From Candidatus Latescibacterota bacterium (lineage in GTDB: Bacteria; Latescibacterota; UBA2968; GCA-2709665), in contig OZ244744.1 of the NCBI GenBank assembly GCA_965219455.1, forward strand, positions 1,376,001-1,440,000: a stretch of 64,000 nt of DNA. Direction: 5' to 3'. Below, in pieces: positions 18,724-28,705 of this stretch. The notes under the pieces were generated by a model. That model ran no database searches. It saw only the letters and a list, made by a program, of their open reading frames with translations, and was not told the origin of the DNA. Positions within the stretch are counted from its first letter, which is position 1. The number at the start of each line of letters is the position of its first letter. Both the position numbers and the translations under genes were made by a program.

Positions 18724-20389
18724 CTTGTGTTCCCGTGTCTGCTGCTTCCGGATATGACGGCCACCTGTCCGGCAGATCCGTCGCCTCTCGAATTTCATGC
18801 GCACCCTCAAAGAGCCGCTTGAAGCGCCTGACCGTATTCCGCCGGCCCTCGGCATCGCGAATCTCTACGAAAAGCGGGCCCCGGGTGATCTGGTGCGTGG
18901 ACCACGCCCAGAGAAAACCGGCGAAGGAGATCCGACTGCCGAACAGATCCGAAATTTCGTGATGGTTGGAAAGCCTGCCCGTCGCCGGATCCGTGTCCAC
19001 CTGGTGGATATGATAACCCAGAATGCGCCGCCCCAGGCGGGCATACCAGTCGCCCAGGGGTTGCAGATTGTCCAGATCACCGCCGTTGTTGCGCGCGTGG
19101 CCCACGTCCAGCAGTGCGCCCACCCTCGCTCCAGGCACATCCGCCATGTCATTTGCCACGGCGTCGATCCATCTCAGGTATTCGTCGATCCGCGTGGCGA
19201 ATTCCCGGTCCGGTGAATCCGCCGGCGTATTGGCGGGATTGTGGATATTCTCAATTGCGATCCCCACCCCCGCGCGCGCCGCTTCCATAAAAAGATTCGC
19301 GAAAGTTTCCACAAAATCCAGGAAACAACCGCCCGGCTCCCGTCGATCCGCCCGACCGCGCTCCATCGCGCGTGCGCTCGCCCTGGGAACGTGGACGGTC
19401 AGGCTGTCCACACCCGATTCCATCGCGCAATCCAGGTGCGCCCGGACCGCATCGACTCCCGCGACGCGTCCGGTTCTCGAACGCCACGTCAGGTCGGGCA
19501 AGTGATAGGACAGATAGAGAGGACCTCGATCCCGAAGTTCGCCAAGCGCCACCGAAAGCGCGTGGCGTGAAAAATCGAGATCCGCGGGTCGGATCTCCAG
19601 GCAGGAGAGGCCGGAACCCAGGGTCTCCCGGGCGGCCGCCACGGGGTCGCCCTGTATCGACCAGCCCACCGGCAGCATTCCGTCCGGGAGGTCCGCGGGC
19701 AGCAACCTCATCGCGGGCGACCAGGGGATGAATGTCTCCGTCCAGGCTCCCTTTTGCAAACTCTCAAAAAGGCTGATCCCCGGCAAATCTCCAATCGCTT
19801 TATCCGGATCGAGTCCGCGGACCACAACCTCCACAAAGCCGTTTTCGCGCCGGGTCCGGTGAAAGTGGCTGTGTCCCGCGGCCAGCAGTTCGACGCCGTT
19901 CTCCGAAAGCCAGCGCGTCAGCCACGCACGGTCTGCGGCGGCCATCCTGTCCAGCGGATAGTGGGTAATGACCAGTCGCCGTGCCGCGCAGGTGGACCGG
20001 ACGCTCCGGTTCAGCCACAAGCGCTCATCACCCGGAAGCGTTCCGGTCGAGGTATCGGGCAGAAGGACCAGCAGGTCGTCGAACACCGTCGCCCGCCGTT
20101 CGGGCGCCGCCATGGCTTTGAGCACCGACATCGCATGCCGACCTCGCCGTTCCGCGTTTCCCGGGGTGAAGAGTACCGGGACCTCGACCCGGTCCAGCGC
20201 TTCCAGGCATTGCGAGGCCGAACCGGCCGTGGAAAAGGTCGTGATATCTCCCGCCACTGCCAGGAAATCCGGTCGCTCCAGATTCACGCGGTCTACGGCC
20301 CACTGGAGCGCCTGATGGGCCGCCGTATCCGGGTTGTCCGAAAGGTGGAGGTCCGCCAGCAGGACAAAGCGATGGGCGCTTTCCAACAT
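18713..20389 (-). CDS. Metallophosphoesterase fused to xylose-isomerase-like TIM barrel
   Basis: DLH/GDIT/PGNAE/AGHSH motifs then IENIH, LDVGHA, YHIH, VEI. Confidence 0.8.
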   Translation of the reverse strand: MLESAHRFVLLADLHLSDNPDTAAHQALQWAVDRVNLERPDFLAVAGDITTFSTAGSASQCLEALDRVEVPVLFTPGNAERRGRHAMSVLKAMAAPERRATVFDDLLVLLPDTSTGTLPGDERLWLNRSVRSTCAARRLVITHYPLDRMAAADRAWLTRWLSENGVELLAAGHSHFHRTRRENGFVEVVVRGLDPDKAIGDLPGISLFESLQKGAWTETFIPWSPAMRLLPADLPDGMLPVGWSIQGDPVAAARETLGSGLSCLEIRPADLDFSRHALSVALGELRDRGPLYLSYHLPDLTWRSRTGRVAGVDAVRAHLDCAMESGVDSLTVHVPRASARAMERGRADRREPGGCFLDFVETFANLFMEAARAGVGIAIENIHNPANTPADSPDREFATRIDEYLRWIDAVANDMADVPGARVGALLDVGHARNNGGDLDNLQPLGDWYARLGRRILGYHIHQVDTDPATGRLSNHHEISDLFGSRISFAGFLWAWSTHQITRGPLFVEIRDAEGRRNTVRRFKRLFEGAHEIREATDLPDRWPSYPEAADTGTQDDS

Positions 20390-20433
20390 ATCTGGTTTAT
20401 TTTCTCTCCGGGTTTGTGGAAAGAACCTGAAAA

Positions 20434-21171
20434 TCAGTTTGCATAGGGGTGGCGGCCCGGATTTCCCCGCGCCAGGTAGAGGCGGAGCCCGTCCCAGTCG
20501 AACCCGGACGGAGAACGGAACGTGCGGTCGATCGCGGCGTGGGTGGAAATGTACTTCAACGTTATCCCGCAACGCCGCCTGGACGACCTGTTGGGATTGG
20601 ATCCATGAAGGATCCAGGGATCGTGAACCGAATACTCACCCGCCCGCAGTTGCACGTCTTTGGCGTCCGTAAGGTCGAGGTTATCCAGTGACATCGGCAG
20701 CGTGGTGCCGGAGTTTAGATCTACCTTGTGGAGGAGAACGGCCTCCTCCCGGTGGCTGCCGGGTATCACCCGCATACAGCCGTTCTCAACGTCCGAGTCG
20801 TCCACCGCCAGCCAGAGGGTGAACGTATCCATCGGCTCGATCGGAAAAAACGCGGCATCCTGATGCCAGTCTACGGCCAGACCGTCGTCGGGGCGTTTGC
20901 TGATCACATAGGAAGTGAAAAGCGCGACATCCCGCCCCACGATCTGCACCGCCACGTCGATGAGGCTGTCGCTCAGGAACAGATCCCGAAGGTAGCGATT
21001 GTCGTAATGAAGCGAGGGCATATTCTCCGGCCGCCGGTCCTGAGCAAGGTTCCCGATAATGGAATCCAATTCAGCGCGCAACCGGACGAGCGCGTTGTCG
21101 TCGAGAATCCGGCCGCCCACGGCATAGCCGTCGGCACGATACCGTTTGAGTTGGGCGGCGGTGAGGGGCAT
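20434..21171 (-). CDS. Phytanoyl-CoA dioxygenase (PhyH) family protein
   Basis: WHQD, WLAVDD...NGCMRVIPGSH, HGS.PN.S..RR. Confidence 0.9.
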   Translation of the reverse strand: MPLTAAQLKRYRADGYAVGGRILDDNALVRLRAELDSIIGNLAQDRRPENMPSLHYDNRYLRDLFLSDSLIDVAVQIVGRDVALFTSYVISKRPDDGLAVDWHQDAAFFPIEPMDTFTLWLAVDDSDVENGCMRVIPGSHREEAVLLHKVDLNSGTTLPMSLDNLDLTDAKDVQLRAGEYSVHDPWILHGSNPNRSSRRRCGITLKYISTHAAIDRTFRSPSGFDWDGLRLYLARGNPGRHPYAN

Positions 21172-21335
21172 CGCGAGTTCCTTTCTGAAAATCCGGATAA
21201 CGTTTTGAATGTCAGTTTGCCAACGAAACTGTGTCCGTCCGGACAGAGTTGAGCGTGGAACGCGTATACCGGCCTGTCGCCGCGAAACCGGAACTCCACC
21301 TTCATCGATCTGTTCACGCCCGGCGTTTCGCGTGC

Positions 21336-23528
21336 TTACGCGTCCGGCGGCAGCGAACCCTGCAGATGCCTTTGAATCAGTTTTTCGTAAATGCCGACGA
21401 AATCCGATCGCCCGTTGTGCAGGTTGTAAAAATAACACATCGGGTTGGGATTGATTTCAATAACCTGGAATCCCGACGGCGACCGAATCGCATCGATGGC
21501 GTAGAACCCCAGTTCGACCACGCCCGCCACGTCCGCCGCCACCCGCGAAAGCGCATCGATCAGTTCCGGTGCATCCACCCGCTTCGCAAACCCCGTCGCC
21601 CCATGCAGCGGATTCAGATCCCCGCCCGGGGATGCGCCTATTTTCTCGTATGCCAGCAACAAGTCGCCCCCGGCGGCAACGATCCGATACTCGGGCCCGC
21701 TGACGTGGGCCTGAACCAGGACTATATTGTCCAGAAAACCGCTGTTTTCAAACAATGCCCGCAAGCGATTCTTCAGGGCGCACCGGTCTCGCTCCAGAAA
21801 CACCCCCTGAGCCAGCGACCCCAGGTTGCGCTTAACAACCACGGGATAGGAGAACCGGTCTTCCGCCTCCTGCAGAATCGCATCGATGGACGGATGGGTC
21901 CGATATCGCGCGAACCGTTCGTCTGCAAACGGGTTGAACGCCACCAGCGTTTCGGGAACCGGAATCCCGGCACGCGAAAACAACTCGTATTGATATGCCT
22001 TGTCTTCCGCCAGGCGGGCGGCAACGTAGTCGTTGAAGGGATGCTTGTTACGCAGAAAATAGATCGGCCCGGCGCCTGGCGGCCGTATGCACACCAGATT
22101 TCCGTCTTCCGAAACCGCTTCAAACGGAAGGCCGAGGTTCTTGCAGGCCGGCGCCAGGCATGCCAGACTCTCCCGGTGAAGATCTTCCCCGAAACCGTCC
22201 CGTTCACAGGGCAGCCCCAGCGCTTCCCGCGCCCGGCCCACCAGATGCAGCGATCCCATGATACAGACGGGATCCTCATCCCGCAACCCCGCGTACTCCA
22301 GCGCTTCTGCAACGTTCGTCGCGCAGCGGGCGGTAAGCCCTTCCGGCAAGCTCTCCCGCAACACGTTCACGGGCAGGGCCTTCGGGTGGTCGGACCGCGT
22401 CAGAATCACCCGCTTCGACAGCGGCTGGATCGCCCCGAGTATCCCCCGGGGATTGTGCCCCGCGTTCACCCCAACCACAAAGGTCCACCGGTCCGAAATC
22501 CGGCGCAGATCGGCGGCAAGGGCCGCGGCTCCGGCCGGGTTGTGCGCACCATCCAGCACGACCCGGGGCGACCGGCGCGCCACCTCGAACCTGCCCGGCA
22601 GCCGGAGCCCGTTCACCGCCTCGCGGATACGCGCCTGTGTGAGCTCCTCCCCCATAAGGTAGCGCCCGACGGCAACCGCCAACCGGGCGTTTTTCCAGAA
22701 CACGGACCCCCGATCCGTCGGGTCCGGATGCCCGAATTCCCGCTGCTCATCGCGCGATCCCTCCTCCGTTTCGCCGCCGACAACCCGAAGATCCACTCCC
22801 CGTTCACGGCACTCGCGCCGCAACAACGCGAGCACCTCGGGTTTCTGTGTGCCCGGGGTGTATAGCGGCCTCCCGGACCGGGCGATTTCGAGCTTATCCA
22901 GCGCAATCGCCTCCACCGTATCGCCCAGCACTTCGGTGTGATCCAGATCGACCGGCGTCAGGACGGCCACATGGCTATCCCAGGCATTGGTCGCGTCGTA
23001 GCGGCCGCCCAGACCCACCTCGAACACGCCGATTTCGACCCCTGCCCTGGCGAACATGGACGCTGCCAGCGCCGTTAACGCCTCGAACCTGGTGAAAGAA
23101 CCGTACCCCTCCCGTTCGAATCCGCGGGTTCGATCGTAAAGGTCGGCGATGGCTCCCGCCCAGCCGTCCTTTTCCAGAATCCGACCGTCGATCAGGATGC
23201 GTTCGCGGATGGTGTGCAGATGGGGCGACGTGTAGATACCCGCCCGTCGGCCCGAAGCCTGGATGAGGGCGGCCAGGACGTTGGCCGCCGTCCCCTTACC
23301 ATTCGTGCCGCCGACAATGACCGACACAAAGTCCTTCTGTGGATCTCCCATCCGGCGCAACAGGGCCCGCATCCGCGGCAGGTAGTCGTCCGGCGTACCC
23401 GCCGCCGTCCCGTCCCTCTCCCAATCCTGCAGCGTATTCAGATAGCGTTTAGCGCGAAAGTAGTCCATCCAGACCGCTTCCCCGTCGGTAACGTGGGGTC
23501 CAATTCCTGTACCATTCCGCAGGGACAA
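21336..23528 (-). CDS. folC: Folylpolyglutamate synthase/dihydrofolate synthase fused to C-terminal ATP-grasp domain
   Basis: GGTNGKGT, YTSPHL...RERI, EVGLGGRYDATN, LDGAHNP; then EDK...IPVPET...PVVVK...VIEINPNP; start could be 23468. Confidence 0.85.
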   Translation of the reverse strand: MSLRNGTGIGPHVTDGEAVWMDYFRAKRYLNTLQDWERDGTAAGTPDDYLPRMRALLRRMGDPQKDFVSVIVGGTNGKGTAANVLAALIQASGRRAGIYTSPHLHTIRERILIDGRILEKDGWAGAIADLYDRTRGFEREGYGSFTRFEALTALAASMFARAGVEIGVFEVGLGGRYDATNAWDSHVAVLTPVDLDHTEVLGDTVEAIALDKLEIARSGRPLYTPGTQKPEVLALLRRECRERGVDLRVVGGETEEGSRDEQREFGHPDPTDRGSVFWKNARLAVAVGRYLMGEELTQARIREAVNGLRLPGRFEVARRSPRVVLDGAHNPAGAAALAADLRRISDRWTFVVGVNAGHNPRGILGAIQPLSKRVILTRSDHPKALPVNVLRESLPEGLTARCATNVAEALEYAGLRDEDPVCIMGSLHLVGRAREALGLPCERDGFGEDLHRESLACLAPACKNLGLPFEAVSEDGNLVCIRPPGAGPIYFLRNKHPFNDYVAARLAEDKAYQYELFSRAGIPVPETLVAFNPFADERFARYRTHPSIDAILQEAEDRFSYPVVVKRNLGSLAQGVFLERDRCALKNRLRALFENSGFLDNIVLVQAHVSGPEYRIVAAGGDLLLAYEKIGASPGGDLNPLHGATGFAKRVDAPELIDALSRVAADVAGVVELGFYAIDAIRSPSGFQVIEINPNPMCYFYNLHNGRSDFVGIYEKLIQRHLQGSLPPDA

Positions 23529-23580
23529 CCCTCGTGGTTGCCCGGCCTTCCGTGGCTACGGCTCTCCCGTTCGGTAACAT

Positions 23581-23614
23581 AAAAAACTCACCTTGAAACA
23601 AAAGGTGAGTTTTT
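23581..23614. terminator. Intrinsic terminator downstream of rpmB
   Basis: AAAAAACTCACCTT-loop-AAGGTGAGTTTTT. Confidence 0.75.
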
Positions 23615-23697
23615 CCGGGATGGATTCCGCTGCCGACATTTCCCCGAACTCATGCCGGGGGATCCGCCAGCGGACATCTGACGACCTTCTGCAGACC

Positions 23698-23889
23698 TTA
23701 TGCGGCTTTGTTCACGCGGCCGAGCTTTATGCACTTGGTACAGACCTTCATCCTTCTGGGCGTCCCGTCCACCTGCGCGCGCACCCGCCTCAGATTCGGG
23801 TTGAATCGCCGTTTCTTCCGGTTGTTGGCGTGGCTGACGTGATTGCCGACCATCGGCCCTTTCCCGCAAATTTCACATCTGGCTGCCAT
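23698..23889 (-). CDS. rpmB: 50S ribosomal protein L28 (Zn-ribbon form)
   Basis: [31 protein letters not shown]...VCTKCIK; AGGAGG upstream. Confidence 0.97.
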   Translation of the reverse strand: MAARCEICGKGPMVGNHVSHANNRKKRRFNPNLRRVRAQVDGTPRRMKVCTKCIKLGRVNKAA

Positions 23890-24023
23890 TTCCAATACCT
23901 CCTGGAACCCTTGATTGATTCTCTCGTGTCTACTTGAAGTTGAAACCGCCCCGCTCTCACGTCCGGGTACGCCATCTGAAAAAACGCGCGACACCACGGT
24001 GACGCATTGATTCGTTCAGGACA

Positions 24024-24051
24024 AATATACCCGTCAACCGACACTTGTCAA
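24024..24051 (-). promoter_or_regulatory. Sigma70-type promoter of rpmB
   Basis: TTGACA-16 bp-TATATT. Confidence 0.6.
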
Positions 24052-24181
24052 GAAAGAACCCGATTTTGGACCTCCTTGAGCCGAACGGAGCCCCTGTTGT
24101 CCGTCGCGCCTGCCCGCAGGTGCGGGGACCCGTTCCGCGGAGACCGCCGGGTTCCCCGCGGGTGGATATTTGGGCGGCCTG

Positions 24182-25408
24182 TTACCGAAGGCGTCGATCC
24201 GAGGTGTGAAAACGCACAAACCACAGCTCCAGGTTGGGATGGGCGCCGCTGCTGAACACCGCGCACGGCTCGCCAGGCAGCAGGCTCCCGCTGGCCGGTG
24301 TGATGCCGTGAAGGAAAAAGGGTTTCCGCAGTCCGTACTCATCAAAGCTACCCAGGGCGACCGCGGACCATCTCCGGCCTCCATCTTCGCCGCGGTAGAG
24401 CCGGAGGGCCTTTCCCGAGGTACTCGACATCCACAACTGACCGATCTCGCCAGGGCTTTCGAAGACCGCGGCGATTCCCGCGCTGCCTACGGTTACCGCC
24501 TCCCACCGCCGCGTATCGGAATCTCGCCGGTAAAGGAGCAGTTGGTTCTTCCCGCCTTCGGGCTGGTGCGTGGCCGTGACAAACAGAGCACCATTATACG
24601 ATCGCCAGATCGCCTGGGCAAAGGCCAGGTTCCCGGTCCACGGGGACACGTCCGCAACAACCTCGGCGACGGCAGACGCGGGATCTGTGTAAGGTATAAA
24701 AAGGTAGTTGATCCGGTTGTAATACGGGCTGCGGTCTGCGTTGTTGCTCACCACGAGATGGAAGCCCTCGCCATCGGGCACGATCAGCGGGTACAGCCAC
24801 GTCGTCCAAGGTTCCTCTGACCGCTGCGCCCGGGCCAGGAGAAACGGCCCCGACCATTTACGCGTGTCCAGGTCGACCCACGCCACGTTGAATGAATAGT
24901 GCCCCGGCTCCCCGATGTACCCGAGGATGAGCCGGTCCCCGTCCATGGCCGCCCCGATATAGCCGGCGCGATCCAATCCGTCGGGCAGCGCAATCTCGGC
25001 GAATCCGCGCGGGGCGCCTCGCTTGCGCTGATACAGAACGCGCGGCCCGGCGCCGAGCCGCGCGTGAACGAGCACCAGCCGCTGCCTGGTGTCCAGCAAG
25101 AGCATCCCGGGCTGGTGGTGGATTCCCTCCCAGCGGCGAAACGTCTCCCAGCCGTCCCTTCCGCTACGGTAGACGACGCCCCTCGCGGCATCCGGGTGCG
25201 GCCCCCACCGGCCCACCGTGTAAAAGTGGCCGCCGTCGAACACCAGCTTCGGCGCGTTGTAACCCCAGTAAGGGCTGACCGACGCCTCTCCGGTATCGAT
25301 TCGGGACAGCTCGAAATCGATCATGTTCTCCTCCGCCGTCAGTGGCAGAACACCCGTCAGGAGGACAAAACAGCCTAGAAAAGCGTTTTGGATAATCCCG
25401 TTTTTCAT
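24182..25408 (-). CDS. Secreted hypothetical protein, probable beta-propeller (BNR-like)
   Basis: Signal peptide ...LPLTA-E, Asp-box-like EDGGRRW. Confidence 0.65.
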   Translation of the reverse strand: MKNGIIQNAFLGCFVLLTGVLPLTAEENMIDFELSRIDTGEASVSPYWGYNAPKLVFDGGHFYTVGRWGPHPDAARGVVYRSGRDGWETFRRWEGIHHQPGMLLLDTRQRLVLVHARLGAGPRVLYQRKRGAPRGFAEIALPDGLDRAGYIGAAMDGDRLILGYIGEPGHYSFNVAWVDLDTRKWSGPFLLARAQRSEEPWTTWLYPLIVPDGEGFHLVVSNNADRSPYYNRINYLFIPYTDPASAVAEVVADVSPWTGNLAFAQAIWRSYNGALFVTATHQPEGGKNQLLLYRRDSDTRRWEAVTVGSAGIAAVFESPGEIGQLWMSSTSGKALRLYRGEDGGRRWSAVALGSFDEYGLRKPFFLHGITPASGSLLPGEPCAVFSSGAHPNLELWFVRFHTSDRRLR

Positions 25409-25542
25409 ACGCCTTCCATGGTTTTCCAACGATCTTCCACTTGACAAAACACCGCGTATCACCGATTTTTCGGAAAGCCCTGCGGCTATTCGGACGGAAG
25501 CGATGAAATTCATCGGTCATCCGCCGCGCCGGGGAGATCCCT

Positions 25543-26886
25543 ATGCCGACAGTAAACCTCATAACGCTCGGATGTCCGAAGAATACCGTCGACTCGGAAC
25601 GCATGCACCGGCTTCTGGAATGCAACGACTATGCCGTTGCCGACGAACCCGATGAAGCCGATATCATCGTTGTGAATACCTGTGGCTTTATCGAACCGGC
25701 CAAAGAGGAGTCCATCGCCACGGCCCTCGAAGCCGCGGACTACAAGGAAACCGGCAACTGCAAGGGTCTGATTCTTACCGGGTGTCTGGCCGAACGCTAT
25801 CGACTCGAACTCGAAGCGGAAATTCCCGAGGCCGACCTTGTCGTCGGTCTGGCCGGCGAAAACGAGATCGTCGCCCATTGCGACCGTCTTCTGGGCATCT
25901 CACGCCCCAGAATCTACAGAGAAGAGGGCGCCCGGCACCTGCTCACACCCAATCACTGGGCCTATCTGCGCATCTCGGACGGCTGCGACCGGACCTGCGC
26001 CTTCTGCGCCATTCCAGGCATCCGGGGCGTCAACCGCAGCGAATCCATCGAGGTCCTGGTCGCCGAAGCCTGGCGCATGGCCGCCGGCGGCGTGAAAGAA
26101 ATCGCGCTTATCGCCCAGGATACCATGCGGTACGGCGCCGACCTCTACGGCAGCCCGCGCCTGATTGACCTCTTGCGCGAACTCGTCCGCATCGACGGCC
26201 TCCAATGGATCCGCCTGCTCTACACCTACCCCACCGGCTGGCGCGACAACCTGATCGACCTCCTGGCACGGGAGGAAAAACTCTGCGCATACGTGGATAT
26301 GCCCATCCAGCATGCCTCCAATGCCATGCTCAAAGCGATGAACAGGGGCGCTACGGTGGAGAGCACGCGCGCCCTCATCCGAAAACTCCGTGACCGGGTG
26401 CCCGACCTGGCCCTCCGATCCTCCGTTATCGCCGGTTTTCCCGGCGAGAAAGAGGAACACGTACAGGAACTTCTGGAGTTTATCGAGGAAATCCGCTTCA
26501 ACCGACTGGTCGGCTTCCTCTACTCGCACGAGGAAGGCACCAGCGCGGGCCTGCTGGAAGACGGCGTGGCGGAAGACGAAAAGCGTGATCGGCTGGACCG
26601 CATCCTCAGCCTCCAGGCCGTCATCTCCTCCGAAATCACCGCCGAATGCGTAGGCCGGACCTACCGCGCGCTGGTCGACCGCCCGGCGGACGATCCGGCC
26701 TACGACTATATCGGCCGTACCCGCATGGACGCTCCAGAGATCGACGGCGAGGTCTTCATTTCCGGAGAAGCTCGGATCGGCGAATTCACGGACGTGGAGA
26801 TAACCGATGCCCTCGATCACGATCTCATCGGACGCTCGACGACCGCACCGCAACTGCTGGATATCGCTGCGCCGAGGCGTTTATGA
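25543..26886 (+). CDS. rimO: Ribosomal protein S12 methylthiotransferase
   Basis: LGCPKNTVDSE, NTCGFI, GCDRTCAFC radical SAM motif, TRAM with DAPEIDG. Confidence 0.95.
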   Translation: MPTVNLITLGCPKNTVDSERMHRLLECNDYAVADEPDEADIIVVNTCGFIEPAKEESIATALEAADYKETGNCKGLILTGCLAERYRLELEAEIPEADLVVGLAGENEIVAHCDRLLGISRPRIYREEGARHLLTPNHWAYLRISDGCDRTCAFCAIPGIRGVNRSESIEVLVAEAWRMAAGGVKEIALIAQDTMRYGADLYGSPRLIDLLRELVRIDGLQWIRLLYTYPTGWRDNLIDLLAREEKLCAYVDMPIQHASNAMLKAMNRGATVESTRALIRKLRDRVPDLALRSSVIAGFPGEKEEHVQELLEFIEEIRFNRLVGFLYSHEEGTSAGLLEDGVAEDEKRDRLDRILSLQAVISSEITAECVGRTYRALVDRPADDPAYDYIGRTRMDAPEIDGEVFISGEARIGEFTDVEITDALDHDLIGRSTTAPQLLDIAAPRRL

Positions 26887-27356
26887 CGGTCATCGCCGCC
26901 ATGTCGGACAACCGGGTGATCGGCAAAGACAATGCCATGCCATGGCATGTTTCCGAGGAACTCGTACAGTTCAAGAGAATCACCACCGGCGGGGTTCTTA
27001 TCATGGGGCGCAAAACCTTTGAATCCATCGGCTGCAGGCCCCTGCCGAAACGCCCCCACGTCCTAGTCAGCCGTTCATTTCCGGAAACCGAGGGCGTCGA
27101 CGTCTGCCGCACCTTCGAGGAAGCGCTCGAAAGAGCCAGGTCCTACGGGAAACCCGTTTTCAGCGCGGGCGGCGCCGAGATTTACCGGCAGTCCATTCCC
27201 CTCGCGAATCGGATGTATCTCTCCCGCATCAAGGGCGACTACGACGGCGACACCTTCTTCCCCGAGTTCGATGAGGGCGACTGGAGAATCGCCAGAAAAG
27301 AAGACCACACGGAATTCACCCTGTTTATGTATGAAAGAAGACGGAAGAATCGTTAA
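26883..27356 (+). CDS. folA: Dihydrofolate reductase
   Basis: IAAMSDNRVIG..NAMPW, MGRKTFESI..PLP.R, GGAEIY, GDTFFP; ATGA overlap with rimO. Confidence 0.95.
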   Translation: MTVIAAMSDNRVIGKDNAMPWHVSEELVQFKRITTGGVLIMGRKTFESIGCRPLPKRPHVLVSRSFPETEGVDVCRTFEEALERARSYGKPVFSAGGAEIYRQSIPLANRMYLSRIKGDYDGDTFFPEFDEGDWRIARKEDHTEFTLFMYERRRKNR

Positions 27357-27384
27357 ATCGGCGAGCAGACGGAAAAGCACCGCT

Positions 27385-27745
27385 GCAGTCAGCGCCGGGA
27401 CCTCTCCCCCCGGCCCCCTCGGACAGAGCTATCAGCCGTAAGCTGTCAGCAAAAAACGAAAAGCAAAAGGCAGATTGCCAATACGGTCTGGCGATGCCAA
27501 TCCACAACCGCAGCAGTCAGCGCGGGGACCTCTCCCCCCGGCCCCCTCTCCTAAAGGAAAGGGGGAGGAACACCGGCAAGGCGGGCGACCACAAGGGTCG
27601 CCCCTACGAATTCAAACGCCGGTTATGTCAAGATTCGGCTCACACGGAGACACTAAGACACAAAGAAAAAACAGTCAGCATTCAGGAAAGGCCGGTACAC
27701 ACGCAAATCCAAACAGCGGGCATTTCGACAAGCTCAATGAACGCA
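27385..27745. repeat. Intergenic mosaic of REP-like motifs
   Basis: 36-bp direct repeat (27385/27514), 41-bp repeat shared with 12882, GTAG-REP 27583-27607, TTCGACAAGCTCA shared with ~10775-10787. Confidence 0.65.
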
Positions 27746-27805
27746 CCTCCGCAAGCCCGAGGCCGCAGACGGAACCATATTCCGTATTTTCCGGCAGGAA
27801 ATATA

Positions 27806-28642
27806 ATGAAACAATATCTCGATCAGCTTCGACATATCCTGGACCACGGCGTCAGTAAGGAGGACAGGACCGGTGTCGGCACGATTTCCTGTTTCGGCCT
27901 CCAGGCGCGGTATAATATGAACGATGGATTCCCCGCGGTCACCACGAAAAAGCTCGTGTGGAAATCCATGGTCTCAGAGCTTCTCTGGTTCATCTCAGGA
28001 TCTGACAACATCAATGACCTCAAGAAGATCTATCCCCACAACAAACTCTGGGACGGCAACTACGAAGATTACCTCAACAGGCTCGGCCTGCGCGAGAATG
28101 GCGGCTCCATGGGACGCATCTACGGCGTCCAGTGGCGGCATTGGCGCGGTGCGGAGCGGACCGTGGACCAGCTGCGGGAAGCGATCGACCTGATCCGCCG
28201 CAGCCCCGACTCCAGGCGCATCATTGTGAACGCCTGGAATGCCGCCGAAGTCGCGCCGGAAGACGTCGCCCTTCCCCCCTGCCATTCTTTCTTTCAGTTT
28301 TACGTTGCCCATGGCAGGCTCTCCCTTCTGATGTACCAGCGGTCCTGCGACATGTTTCTCGGGGTCCCGCTCAACGTCGCCTCCTATTCGCTCATGTTGC
28401 ACATGGTCGCGAGGATCACCCGTCTCGAACCCGGTGAATTCGTCCACACGCTCGCCGACGCCCACATCTATCTGAACCACCTGGACGCGGTTCAGGAGCA
28501 ACTTTCCCGCGATCCGTTTCCACTCCCGAGCCTGCGTATTACGGACCGTGGTCAAAAGACAATCGACGATTTCATCTACGACGACTTCCAGTTAATCAAC
28601 TACCGCTGCCATGCCGCTGTCAAGGCGAAAATGGCCGTGTAG
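27806..28642 (+). CDS. thyA: Thymidylate synthase
   Basis: DRTGVGT, ELLWFISG, YGVQWR, SRRIIV.AWN, LPPCH, YQRSCD, HIY.NH. Confidence 0.97.
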   Translation: MKQYLDQLRHILDHGVSKEDRTGVGTISCFGLQARYNMNDGFPAVTTKKLVWKSMVSELLWFISGSDNINDLKKIYPHNKLWDGNYEDYLNRLGLRENGGSMGRIYGVQWRHWRGAERTVDQLREAIDLIRRSPDSRRIIVNAWNAAEVAPEDVALPPCHSFFQFYVAHGRLSLLMYQRSCDMFLGVPLNVASYSLMLHMVARITRLEPGEFVHTLADAHIYLNHLDAVQEQLSRDPFPLPSLRITDRGQKTIDDFIYDDFQLINYRCHAAVKAKMAV

Positions 28643-28705
28643 GCCGGAAAACAGTACTGGTTCGCACGCCACAACCCCAATTTCCCATCACCGAGGAACA
28701 TTGCC

